Assembly: GCA_046758445.1 (NCBI GenBank)
Contig: JBHIAE010000010.1
Span: forward strand, 1-64,000
Source: Candidatus Thorarchaeota archaeon
GTDB lineage: Archaea; Asgardarchaeota; Thorarchaeia; Thorarchaeales; Thorarchaeaceae
DNA: 64,000 nucleotides
Direction: 5' to 3'
This document shows positions 27,912-37,488 of this stretch, in pieces. Below the pieces are notes generated by a model, which was given only the letters and a program-made list of their open reading frames with translations, ran no database searches and was not told the origin of the DNA. Made by a program: the position numbers and the translations under genes. Numbering within the stretch: the first letter of the stretch is position 1; the number at the start of each line of letters is the position of its first letter.

Positions 27912-29492
27912 CCTGAACTTGGAAATCCGAATCGAGAACGGATTAAGAGCGGAGCTGATGCGCCTGTTTACCTTTCTGAATGGAGTCTTAGCATAGTACC
28001 AGGTCTCACCAAGCTTCTTTGATGCGATGTAGCCGCCAAAAATGACGATGACATACACGAGGTAGATGTTCCTGTGCGGAATCAGAATCATTGCACTCAG
28101 AAGAAACGGCACCCAAATCATGGAGAATGAGAAAGGAACTCTCTGTTCCATGCTTGTCGCGATGGTTGAGGACGAGAAGATTGAGAAGAACGGGGCAAAC
28201 AAGGTGAAGTAGTACTTGTACACGCCTCTAGGTCCTGCAATGTTCACCCAGAGCATCATCAGAAGAGTGAGGAAGAGCAGGCGACGAAGGTATACTTTGG
28301 ATTGACCCTCGAGTTTCGGCTCCACCAGCATCAGAGCGGCGAATACAATGACGCCGAAATACAAGAGCCCACCAGAGTACACGATGAAATTCATGATCCT
28401 AGCAAGCTCCGGAAGTCCTGCAATCACGGGAAGAACCTGTAGTCGCATGGGACTTCCATATCCAGGCGGTTCGGTGAAGGATTCTAGCCTGAAGCCTCCT
28501 GCCGCTAAACGCATGTAGGACCAGAAGTTGGGTTGAGCCACCACGAACGGGAACATAACGGCGGCAACGAAGACTAGGACAACAAGTACACTGACGATGA
28601 ACTTGCGGAGATCTAGGTATTCTGTCATGAGATTTGTGAGATTCTGGAGGCGTCCAAGTTTGCCCTCTTGGTCAGACACTTTGACAGACTCCTGATCTGA
28701 ATCTACCTCCGTGCTGACATCTTGGGATGTGTCCTCGGCACTAGTAGTAGGTTCTGGTGTACGTGATTTCATTAGAAGGTACACAACGAGAGGAATTCCA
28801 AGGAACCAAGCGGTCTGCTTGAACAACGCTGCAGTGACTATTAGCAAGGTGCCTGTGTGGCGTTTCCCCCGAACAAGCATATAGTAGCCCGAAAAGAAGA
28901 AGAATATCATCGGGGAGGGGTTTAGCCAGAGATAGTCGATGTGGAAGAGTACATTTGGTGCAAGTAGATAGGTAAAGGCAGCGACCTCGCCCACGTGTCT
29001 ATTGCCTGAGAACTCCTTTCCTAGACCGTATACAGGGAGCGCGGTCAGGAACCCTAGTGCTGCTATGAGGAATCCGATACCCCAGTTGTCTGGTAGGATC
29101 CATGTGCCCAGTCCGTAGAAGACAGCTGTCAGCGGGGGAAAGATATAGAGACCATTGTTGTTCTCGTATCCGTCAAGGACTATGTGTCCAAACTCGTCGC
29201 TGTAGGGCATCAATCCACTGAGCATGTTGTTGCCCCAATGAACGTAGAAGTACGGGTAATCAGTATAGCCCTCAAACTGATAGTTGATTGTGTAGCCGAA
29301 TATCTCAAAGTGGCCTGGGTCATTTCCCAGCCAGACGTCCCAATTTATCCACAGGTCTTCGCTGAGATATCCCTCCAAAGAGAGATTGAAGATTGGAACC
29401 CATATGGCCAGACCTACAGCGAGTATCACCAGAAGTATTCCATACTCGATTATGAAGCGTGCGACACGTTTCTTAATCTGTTCCAAGTCCAT
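27819..29492 (-). CDS. GT-C fold multi-pass membrane glycosyltransferase, paralog 2
   Basis: FEGYTD..FY, GLMPY, YIFPPL, FKQTAWF, RGVYKYY shared with paralog 1. Confidence 0.75.
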   Translation of the reverse strand: MDLEQIKKRVARFIIEYGILLVILAVGLAIWVPIFNLSLEGYLSEDLWINWDVWLGNDPGHFEIFGYTINYQFEGYTDYPYFYVHWGNNMLSGLMPYSDEFGHIVLDGYENNNGLYIFPPLTAVFYGLGTWILPDNWGIGFLIAALGFLTALPVYGLGKEFSGNRHVGEVAAFTYLLAPNVLFHIDYLWLNPSPMIFFFFSGYYMLVRGKRHTGTLLIVTAALFKQTAWFLGIPLVVYLLMKSRTPEPTTSAEDTSQDVSTEVDSDQESVKVSDQEGKLGRLQNLTNLMTEYLDLRKFIVSVLVVLVFVAAVMFPFVVAQPNFWSYMRLAAGGFRLESFTEPPGYGSPMRLQVLPVIAGLPELARIMNFIVYSGGLLYFGVIVFAALMLVEPKLEGQSKVYLRRLLFLTLLMMLWVNIAGPRGVYKYYFTLFAPFFSIFSSSTIATSMEQRVPFSFSMIWVPFLLSAMILIPHRNIYLVYVIVIFGGYIASKKLGETWYYAKTPFRKVNRRISSALNPFSIRISKFRERMHSYAYPDESLNTQSKEQDVEGDTATRG

Positions 29493-29576
29493 GACGAGTG
29501 GCTTTCAGAAACACTCCCTAATATTTCTCCTCATCGGAATCCAAGGGCCTAATGGTGGCTGTTTGAGAGCATGGGT

Positions 29577-31676
29577 CTATGTGTCCGACGATAGTGATAG
29601 AACTGCAGTACTTGCTGGGCCGCTCTTGCTCACTTCCACCACCGGAACACCCTCCCATCCTTGTACATCTGTGTGCGTAATCAAGAATATCTGTTCAAAA
29701 CTCTCGTCGTTTACCAGATTCCTTACGACTGACTCTCTGCGTGCCCTGTCAAGCCCTCCAAGCGGTTCATCCAGAAGAACACAACGAACTCGTGGAGCTA
29801 TCGATGGACTGTCTTTGAAGGGCCGTATACTGCTCATCGTCCTGCTGATTCCAAGTCGTAGACCGAGACTTACGGCTGTCCTGTCACCGAAGCTTAGCTG
29901 AGATGACTTCTTCTTCGCCTTGTCTCGTTCATCCCAGATCTTGAGAAGTAGACCCGAACCAGACCTGCCCTTCGCCTGGGTCGGTTCAAGGTCTACAGAG
30001 GTGTACTGTCCATTTGTGAATGAACTCACATATTGATTGGTTGCCTTCCGTACTATTCCGATCAGGCGTTTCTGAAAGACATAGTCTGCTATGAAACCAC
30101 TCACAAGCTTCCTCCGCACGTACGTGGCATGCGCTTTCAGCTCCTCAAGGTTCTTGATCTCAGCGCCGAGCTCCTTCATCTTTACCTCTTTGCCCTCGAG
30201 CTCTTTGATTGCTAGTCTTTCTTTCTCAATCCTTCTCATTGCAGATTCGTACTGTGTCTGAAGTGAGCTAAGAGTTGTCTGCAGCTTCACTATCTTATTT
30301 CGAAGGTCATCTAAGCTACCAACATCATGCTTTGCTAGCAGTTTCTCCACAGTGTCTGCATCCATTCCCTTGAGCAATGTGCCAAGCATACCCGCCATCT
30401 TCTCGATGTCCTTTGTTGTGCGATCCACATCCTTGTGTTGTTTTGCCACTCGTCGTACTGCTTCTATGGCCTGTGGAATGGTTCTGAGTCTTTCCTCAGT
30501 TTCCTCCATCTCTCTCAGTATTGTCTTGCGTTCCCTCTCAAGGTGCGACACCTGTGATTTGAGCTTCTTGATTGACCCGTTGTACTTCTTTACGAGCTTC
30601 TCGCGTTCCGCGGCTGTCAACAGTTTCTCGCATGTAGGACATGGAGCATCAGCAAGTTCGCCGGACTCTTCGTGGATTGTAAGGTGGTCCGCCTTCTCCT
30701 CAATGTCGCGGATGATACCCTCGTGAGTTCCAATTTCACGGTTGATTTCGTCAGACTTCTCAAGAGATGCCTTTCGCTCTTTCTCCAGTCGCCGATTCTC
30801 TTTTCTCAATGATTCCAGACGGGTCTTCGTGATTTGGGGACTGGAGTCGACAAGTCCAGCCTCCTTGAGTTCCCTCTTTACTTCGTCCATGCTTCGATTG
30901 AGTTCATCTTCCGATCTCTCAAGTTTCATGAATAACTCATGGATGGCTTTCAATCCCTTTGGCGATGGCAGTTGTTTTAACAGCTTCTCGGACTTGGCCT
31001 TCTCTTCGGCAACAGACTTCAGTTCTTCCTCTTCGAGTTTGATTCTTGACTCGGCCTCCGTCATTTGTTCACGAATCATCTCTGGGGGCCTGTACTCCTC
31101 ATTCAGCACTCGAATCTCAGTAGTGAAACTCGCCTCCAAGTTCTCCAACTGCTTCTTCATCTGGTCCAGAAGCTCAATGTTGTACACCTTCTCTAGAAGT
31201 CCTCTAAGAACAGTAGGAGTCGCGCTAGCAATCAAGGCCACCTCGCCCTGTCTCACGAGAAGTGTCTGCAACGCCTGATTCAGCTCAAGATTCAGAATGT
31301 CCTCAACCTTCCTGTTGACTGTCTGACTCTTGTCAGCAATGCGTTTCCAGGTGTCCTCCGTCCTCTGTGAAAGAATGACGGCCATCTTGTTCGCAGAATC
31401 ATACGTGCGTTTAATCAAGTAACGAATACCAGCGACTTCAAAGACAAGCTCTACCCGAGTGAATGAAGAAGAGAAATTGATGAGCTCATCATTCGTGAGA
31501 CCGACAGCTGTCGGACCCCATAGAGCCCACAGAATGGCCTCGAAGAGCGATGATTTCCCTGTAGAATTGGCCCCTCTGACTAGTATCAGACCCCTAGGCA
31601 ACTCATCGTCATCCTGGGGAATTCTGAGATTTCGAAAGGGCTTGAAATTCTGAACATCAATGCTGACGAGCCTCAT
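29577..31676 (-). CDS. rad50: Rad50/SbcC DNA double-strand break repair ATPase
   Basis: GANSTGKSS Walker A, Q-loop RQGE, CPTC zinc hook, LLDEP Walker B, ITH; overlaps mre11 by 4 nt. Confidence 0.93.
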   Translation of the reverse strand: MRLVSIDVQNFKPFRNLRIPQDDDELPRGLILVRGANSTGKSSLFEAILWALWGPTAVGLTNDELINFSSSFTRVELVFEVAGIRYLIKRTYDSANKMAVILSQRTEDTWKRIADKSQTVNRKVEDILNLELNQALQTLLVRQGEVALIASATPTVLRGLLEKVYNIELLDQMKKQLENLEASFTTEIRVLNEEYRPPEMIREQMTEAESRIKLEEEELKSVAEEKAKSEKLLKQLPSPKGLKAIHELFMKLERSEDELNRSMDEVKRELKEAGLVDSSPQITKTRLESLRKENRRLEKERKASLEKSDEINREIGTHEGIIRDIEEKADHLTIHEESGELADAPCPTCEKLLTAAEREKLVKKYNGSIKKLKSQVSHLERERKTILREMEETEERLRTIPQAIEAVRRVAKQHKDVDRTTKDIEKMAGMLGTLLKGMDADTVEKLLAKHDVGSLDDLRNKIVKLQTTLSSLQTQYESAMRRIEKERLAIKELEGKEVKMKELGAEIKNLEELKAHATYVRRKLVSGFIADYVFQKRLIGIVRKATNQYVSSFTNGQYTSVDLEPTQAKGRSGSGLLLKIWDERDKAKKKSSQLSFGDRTAVSLGLRLGISRTMSSIRPFKDSPSIAPRVRCVLLDEPLGGLDRARRESVVRNLVNDESFEQIFLITHTDVQGWEGVPVVEVSKSGPASTAVLSLSSDT

Positions 31677-32980
31677 TCTTCGCCCTCCGATAGCGTTTCA
31701 AGAGTGAGTCGCTCATCAGTCCGGGATACTGATAGCTTGAGCGCCTTCACTGCGATCTTCGTTAAGGTTCCCTCATCAAACCTCTCATCAACATCCAGTG
31801 TTTCCAGATAGGCTCTGAAGTCACTCTCAGGATTCTCAATTAGATACTCTGATTCAATCTCAGGATATGCAGGTGTGACATACTCGGCATCTGGTTGTCG
31901 AATGGTCCACACAAGCTGCGCGATGTTGTACTCACTGTCCGGGGAGTGAATCTTCGATCGGAGTGTTTCCATGGCTACAGTCAGTCCAAAAGCGCTCAGT
32001 CTTGTTGCCTGCCCCTCAATCATCAGCCGGACTCGTGCAGCTGAAACCGAATCCCAGCTGGTGACAAGCCCCTTCTCGTGAAATATTGCTTCCGCCTTTT
32101 CAACAACAGTGTCTTCTGTGTCATCGGGATCCACGAGAATCTTCTCATTATACACAGGTCTAGTGAACTCGAGCTTGACTGGTGTGACCTCTGGAGTTTC
32201 ACCATGTTCAAGCTCCACTATCAAGAAACCTTTGTCATATCGACTTTCATCGAATCTCCACCGTTCCGGAGACCCTGCATACCACCTGTTACTCGAATGC
32301 TTGTGTTGATGATGGTCATGCCCTAGTGCTACATAATCATAGTCCATCTCAAATATGGTGGTGTGAAGAGACCTGTCAATCTCCATTCCGTGAGCGACCC
32401 CAATGGACACTTTCTTTGGCTTGGGGACTTGACACTCAGATATCCAGTCATTGAAGTTGGCCACTTGGTTGGTGGATTCGAGTACCTCATAGTCGATGAA
32501 CGGAAAGCAAAACACGTCAAGCTTATCAAAAGAGTACATGAGAGGCTCATTGCTTGCCAGAGCTCGTTTTAGATCCACCTGAGTTGCAACATAGAGTCCC
32601 GGCACGGCCATCTTTAGAGAATCTAGCAGGGAAACTTCCAATGAGCGGTACAAGCCGTGATTGCCCTCGATTATGACTACTGGAATGTCCGTTTCCTCGA
32701 TGAACTTCTTGAGAACTGATATTGCGGTTTCCTGTGCTACAACTGGCGGCTGAGAGGGATTGTATTCCCAGGGAGAGTCATAGAGGTCTCCAGAATGGAC
32801 AACTATGTCGACAGGTGGATCGAGTTCTGCAATCCTGTGGAATAGCTCAACGAACCTCTCATAGAAATCATTCTCTAGAAGTCGGCTTCTCATCTCCACT
32901 CCCCAGACGTTATGCTTCACCCCTTGGCGAGGCCGAGCTCCGAGATGGGTGTCGGAGATGTGTGCTATTCGAACGGGCAT
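31673..32980 (-). CDS. mre11: Mre11/SbcD nuclease
   Basis: HISDTHLG, SGDLYD, EGNH, AHG, ALGHDH, YAGSPE. Confidence 0.94.
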   Translation of the reverse strand: MPVRIAHISDTHLGARPRQGVKHNVWGVEMRSRLLENDFYERFVELFHRIAELDPPVDIVVHSGDLYDSPWEYNPSQPPVVAQETAISVLKKFIEETDIPVVIIEGNHGLYRSLEVSLLDSLKMAVPGLYVATQVDLKRALASNEPLMYSFDKLDVFCFPFIDYEVLESTNQVANFNDWISECQVPKPKKVSIGVAHGMEIDRSLHTTIFEMDYDYVALGHDHHQHKHSSNRWYAGSPERWRFDESRYDKGFLIVELEHGETPEVTPVKLEFTRPVYNEKILVDPDDTEDTVVEKAEAIFHEKGLVTSWDSVSAARVRLMIEGQATRLSAFGLTVAMETLRSKIHSPDSEYNIAQLVWTIRQPDAEYVTPAYPEIESEYLIENPESDFRAYLETLDVDERFDEGTLTKIAVKALKLSVSRTDERLTLETLSEGEE

Positions 32981-32990
32981 TCCTTATTCC

Positions 32991-34748
32991 TCAGAGAACG
33001 TGCTTCTCACTCTTCTTCGATTGTTTCCCTTTGTACCTATGCTTGTCACGCTCAAAGACCGTGTCAAAGAGAGGTATCCGCACTGGTACTGGCATCTCGC
33101 GATAGGAAGCGGTCAAGAGGCCTTCACCCCTAGACATCACTCTGAATTCGTTCTCAAAGCCAGAGATGTTGACACTTGCATTCTCGATGCACGATCTGAT
33201 CTCGCGTTCGTTACCTAGACGCAAGTTGATTTCGGTGTTCATTTGGCTCAAGATGACATTGTCAAGAACACTGACCTGTTGACTTACGACTAGAAGCCCC
33301 ATGTTGAACTTGCGACCCTGACGAGAGATGTCCTTGAAGACGGACCTTCCGCGCATAAGTTCAGGATTGAGAATTGAGGGCGCCTCTTCTACAGTGACCA
33401 AGATTACTGGGAGTTCTCTAGGGTCTTGTACAGGGTTGCTGTCTTCAATCCCACCCTCCCCATAGAAGGCCTTTGCCTGCTCCTTGACTGTTTTGAAAAA
33501 GGGTGTAGGAAGACGCATTTCTCCCTGACGTTCGAAATCACCCAAGTTTCCACTGCTTTTGAGGGCGCGCCTCAAGCCGGAAAGCGTCCTAGTTACTATT
33601 GTCGTAAGGAGGAACTGCTCCATGTCACGCATTAGGCTAGTGTTAACGACAAGAATTCGACCAGTTTCCATTGCTACGAAGACATCTTTGAGAATGGAAG
33701 TACCTTTCTCCACAAAGATTTGCGAGCGTCGTAGGAAGCCGAGTCGACGTTGCACTGCATGAAGCGTTCCGGACGGTGTGCCATCTGGATCTTTTTCCAT
33801 GTCAAGAATGGCCTTAATCCACCCATCCCGGTGAAGATTGAACTGAGCATCTATGAATGCAGACATTTGGGGAGTGAAATCGGTAATAGAGTAGAGGTCC
33901 TGAGGGCGAATCTCCTCCCACAACACACGAATCTCCTTAGCGTACCTCCGTATCTCCCTGGGCGTTGCCCTCTTGTGCGTTGTGAGGTAGTAGAAGTCCC
34001 CAACAACATCCTTTCGCGTCTTCTGATCCATGGCCTCGACCACATTTTGAATCCCATAGGTGTCAACGCCTCTCGCAAACTCATCGTGGGGATCTATGCA
34101 GAACGCGGAAACTACCTTCTTCTCGCTGCTTGCGTCACGATAGACCTTCAGGTTCGAATCGATAATCGATTTGATCAACACCATCATCAGGTTGCTCTTC
34201 CCAGCACCTGTTGACCCGAAGATGCCCACATGCATCGGAAGGAACTCAGATGGTACCATCACTGGAACATCTAGAGTTGCCTCTCCAACTTGGAGGTCGC
34301 CGATGTATACGTCACCATCAGTTTGAGAGCTGAGCATTTCTCTGACAGGGTCATCTGATTTGCTCGGAACTGGTCGATACACATCGGCCAGATGGTCCGG
34401 TAGGCGACGTGGTGACATGAATCTCCACTTACCAGCTCTATCCTCCGCATAGCCAAGCATTCTACCATCAACAAACAGTAGCATGTTACGCTCAATACCA
34501 GAAAGGTATGCATCACCCTCAACCATCAATGTGCCCGCCACTTGGGTCATGTCATCAACTTGTCTGAGGTAGTTCTCAAGGCCTAGGACTCTGAAGAAGA
34601 AGACTCTCTCATGGCCATCCCGCTGAGAGTATATCATGAATATCTCACCAACACTCACATCACGGTTGTTCCCCATGATTCCAAGCATAGTCTGGTTCCC
34701 AACACCAACTTTGCCATAGAGCTCCCCAAGTTTGTCTTTATCAAGCAT
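32991..34748 (-). CDS. herA: HerA bipolar DNA helicase
   Basis: HVGIFGSTGAGKSN, IDPHDE, VEEA, RQGRKF, SQQ, SQMNT. Confidence 0.93.
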   Translation of the reverse strand: MLDKDKLGELYGKVGVGNQTMLGIMGNNRDVSVGEIFMIYSQRDGHERVFFFRVLGLENYLRQVDDMTQVAGTLMVEGDAYLSGIERNMLLFVDGRMLGYAEDRAGKWRFMSPRRLPDHLADVYRPVPSKSDDPVREMLSSQTDGDVYIGDLQVGEATLDVPVMVPSEFLPMHVGIFGSTGAGKSNLMMVLIKSIIDSNLKVYRDASSEKKVVSAFCIDPHDEFARGVDTYGIQNVVEAMDQKTRKDVVGDFYYLTTHKRATPREIRRYAKEIRVLWEEIRPQDLYSITDFTPQMSAFIDAQFNLHRDGWIKAILDMEKDPDGTPSGTLHAVQRRLGFLRRSQIFVEKGTSILKDVFVAMETGRILVVNTSLMRDMEQFLLTTIVTRTLSGLRRALKSSGNLGDFERQGEMRLPTPFFKTVKEQAKAFYGEGGIEDSNPVQDPRELPVILVTVEEAPSILNPELMRGRSVFKDISRQGRKFNMGLLVVSQQVSVLDNVILSQMNTEINLRLGNEREIRSCIENASVNISGFENEFRVMSRGEGLLTASYREMPVPVRIPLFDTVFERDKHRYKGKQSKKSEKHVL

Positions 34749-34767
34749 TGTCCATCACATCACTCTA

Positions 34768-36060
34768 TCATAGATTATAATCCGCTCTCATCGGGTCAGT
34801 CGTTCGTTGTTCTAGACCCATCTCCATCCGCACATCTCTGCATATCTCGCGTGCAAGACGCAAGTCTTCATAGCTTAGCTTGCAGGACTCATGTGCCAAT
34901 GCCAGTGCCACTGGATAGCCGTACCATCTTGCGTCACGCGACATGAACTCCAAGTCACAGAAGAGAGATTTCTCGTTCTGCCTGGTTGCAACAGGATCAT
35001 TTGGAACAAACACGTTCTCAAGCCACCAGATTCTATCAAAGTCGATACGTGAAGGCCTATTGTCACGAGAGAAGCTGAACAAGTAGGGAACCGCAAGAAC
35101 GGGAGGAATGTAGGTCCTGTCCTCTGTTATGTGGAGTCCTCCCCCAAGGTCTTCTTTTGATGGGAGAAGACAGAACCATTTCGCACCCTCTCCAAATATG
35201 TCCTGAGCCATCTTTGCGATGCGATGTGCAAAGGGAATGGTGTGATTCTTGCTTACCCCACACAATATGACACCCTCTTTGCGTGCCAGTGTGCATAGCT
35301 CTCTGAGCATGAAGCCACTCGGCAATGAAGGATACTTGCGTATGAAATGCATAAAGACTGACAGTCCACCGTCTAGAAGCAGGTACCTTGGATTCAGGTC
35401 GCTACTCAGCAATTGTCGAGCGGCTGCATATTCCGACGCTTTGCGTAGCTCATCATGGACTATAGGATTCGTCAGAATCTGCGCTCTGGAAATGAGCGAT
35501 TCCATCTCTCTGAGCTCAGGGAGATGCTTCTCATAATCAGTGCCTGCGAAGTCAGAGATGGATGAAATCTCCTCTCCTGTAAAGTCGTTGAAGAATGGTA
35601 GAAGCAGATTCACGATGTCCTTCAGCGGATAGATGTGCTCCAGCGTTTCAGCCATCTTCTTTTGAGCATCGTTTCTCACACCGGAATGCCAGTGGACATC
35701 GAGATGGGGTTGACTTCCAAGCCTGGCTTCGAGCGCCTCTCTGCTGATTGGACTGAATAAGTTCTCTGCACGAGTGTTAGTGTCCAACACAACAGTGGTT
35801 GTACTCAGGAGATGAACCCTGATATCATCAAGCAACATCAGACCATCTGTCCCCGACCCGTCTACAGCGGCCACTAAGAAGTCCTCTTCAAGCAATACAT
35901 CAGCAGGATGCGGCTCAATCGTATCGAGTAGTTTCTCCTTGATCCTTGCTTCGTCCTTCGAGAACTCCTCAGCATCACGTCGGTCTTGTTGATTGTCTAT
36001 GTCTCTGAAGACGAGCCTCAGTATGTCCCTGAATCTGCCAGTCAGGATCTTTTCGAGCAT
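34768..36060 (-). CDS. nurA: NurA nuclease
   Basis: AAVDGS, LLDGGL, GVSK, GYPVALALAHE; first gene of the herA-mre11-rad50 operon. Confidence 0.88.
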   Translation of the reverse strand: MLEKILTGRFRDILRLVFRDIDNQQDRRDAEEFSKDEARIKEKLLDTIEPHPADVLLEEDFLVAAVDGSGTDGLMLLDDIRVHLLSTTTVVLDTNTRAENLFSPISREALEARLGSQPHLDVHWHSGVRNDAQKKMAETLEHIYPLKDIVNLLLPFFNDFTGEEISSISDFAGTDYEKHLPELREMESLISRAQILTNPIVHDELRKASEYAAARQLLSSDLNPRYLLLDGGLSVFMHFIRKYPSLPSGFMLRELCTLARKEGVILCGVSKNHTIPFAHRIAKMAQDIFGEGAKWFCLLPSKEDLGGGLHITEDRTYIPPVLAVPYLFSFSRDNRPSRIDFDRIWWLENVFVPNDPVATRQNEKSLFCDLEFMSRDARWYGYPVALALAHESCKLSYEDLRLAREICRDVRMEMGLEQRTTDPMRADYNL

Positions 36061-36254
36061 ACAACCCTCTCTCAATCAGCGTCGTGAAACAGCTGGGTCA
36101 ACCTCATCAATCTCTCTTGGCACGGAGATAAAAACATAGCACTCGGATTGGTCGAGTAGTGCCTAGAAATGGAGCTGCAGGGAATAGAACGGTCGTTGGC
36201 TCATTCACGACTGTTGACCCTGTGAGGGAGAACCGCTGTCTATTGAGATCTTGT

Positions 36255-36548
36255 CTACATCCTGGCGCCGAGGTACATCAGAATGACACCAATGATCAGA
36301 GCGGATGCTATGATGGCCAACTCAACCATACCGAGAATCAGTCCGGTAGTTATCACCCAATAGCCGTACCAAGAGAGCGGCGTCACCGGAATCATGAAAC
36401 CCACTATGGCAATTCCTGCTCCCATCAGATGGTTTCGTCTTATGAGGCCCTCCATTTCTCTTTAGCCTAGTACGATAAGCACAATCCCAATCAAGAAGCT
36501 GAGAGCCAGCAGAGAAGGTATGGATACTGCAAACATCGTTTCCTGCAT
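36255..36548 (-). pseudogene. Small membrane protein interrupted by an in-frame TAA
   Basis: MQETMFAVSIPSLLALSFLIGIVLIVLG*REMEGLIRR...: the hydrophobic frame continues through the TAA at 36462-36464 into the 66-aa ORF. Confidence 0.6.
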
Positions 36549-36725
36549 CTTCTTGAAAACCCCTTTCAGTAACTTCAGAAGCTCAGGAGGGCATGAAATG
36601 AGCTGGAAATTAAGGATTTCCTTCGTTCCTCTGAGATTTTCTTAAAAGGAACGAGTTCATCGATTTCTTTGACCGCAAGGATTCTGGCATACTGGCGACT
36701 ATGCGGAATGACGGGAAGTGGTCCA

Positions 36726-37445
36726 TTGCTTAGAATTACGTACTTTGGGAAGACATCGTTCGCATTGGAGTCCAAAGACACTTCTGTGCTTCTCAATCCA
36801 GGAGTGTGGGACAACGAACCCATGGTATCTGACGACTTTGACTGCAGAGTGATAATCGCGACCAATCACGAAGATGATGCTCTCGGGAACGCATCCACAA
36901 TTGCAGTCAACTCCAAAGCATGGATTCTTGGCAATGAAGCCACGATTGAGAGAGCACGTGAACAGGGCGCTAAGGCATGGCTCCTGCATGTTCTGAAGAT
37001 TGAAGAACCCTATGAGATTCCCGGTCTGAGAGTAGTACCGTTTGCACTGCAGAAGGGCGGTACAGAAACAGGCCAAGCAATCGAGAATCTTGGACTGCAG
37101 ATTGACATCGGATCTATGAAGGTTTCTTACCTTGGCGACACTAGGGTTCGAGGACCCTTCGGGGATCTTGAAACCAATGTGATGATTGTGCCAGTCAGTG
37201 GAGAAGGCGTCTTTGAAGTGAAAGACGCAGTGAGTCTATGCATTGATGCTAGACCACAGATCGGCATCCCGGTGAGATGGACTTCCCAAGACCAACCTCA
37301 GAAGTTCATCAGGTACATCGACCAATTCGGCAAAGGAACAACTCCGTTCAAGATGGACTCAGGGCAAACTCTTGAGGTCCAGTGGGCGGCTGGTCAAGAG
37401 TTCCAGCACAAGGTCGTGAGTTCTGATGAGCCAGAGCCAGAATAG
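36726..37445 (+). CDS. Metallo-beta-lactamase fold protein (UPF0173-like) with degenerate metal site
   Basis: ITYFG..SF.LE, LGDT, VPVSG...F; the HxHxDH motif is replaced by TNHEDD. Confidence 0.75.
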   Translation: MLRITYFGKTSFALESKDTSVLLNPGVWDNEPMVSDDFDCRVIIATNHEDDALGNASTIAVNSKAWILGNEATIERAREQGAKAWLLHVLKIEEPYEIPGLRVVPFALQKGGTETGQAIENLGLQIDIGSMKVSYLGDTRVRGPFGDLETNVMIVPVSGEGVFEVKDAVSLCIDARPQIGIPVRWTSQDQPQKFIRYIDQFGKGTTPFKMDSGQTLEVQWAAGQEFQHKVVSSDEPEPE

Positions 37446-37488
37446 TCACCCGGGAGGGTGAACAATCGCAGAAGTGGGTGAAAGCTAA

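Noticed and set aside
29577-36060. HerA/nuclease/SMC cluster as a novel defence system
   Set aside because: It matches the established archaeal nurA-herA-mre11-rad50 end-resection operon
36462-36464. Selenocysteine or pyrrolysine readthrough
   Set aside because: The stop is TAA, in a hydrophobic context; no in-frame TGA or SECIS-like pairing was noticed in the redox genes of this window
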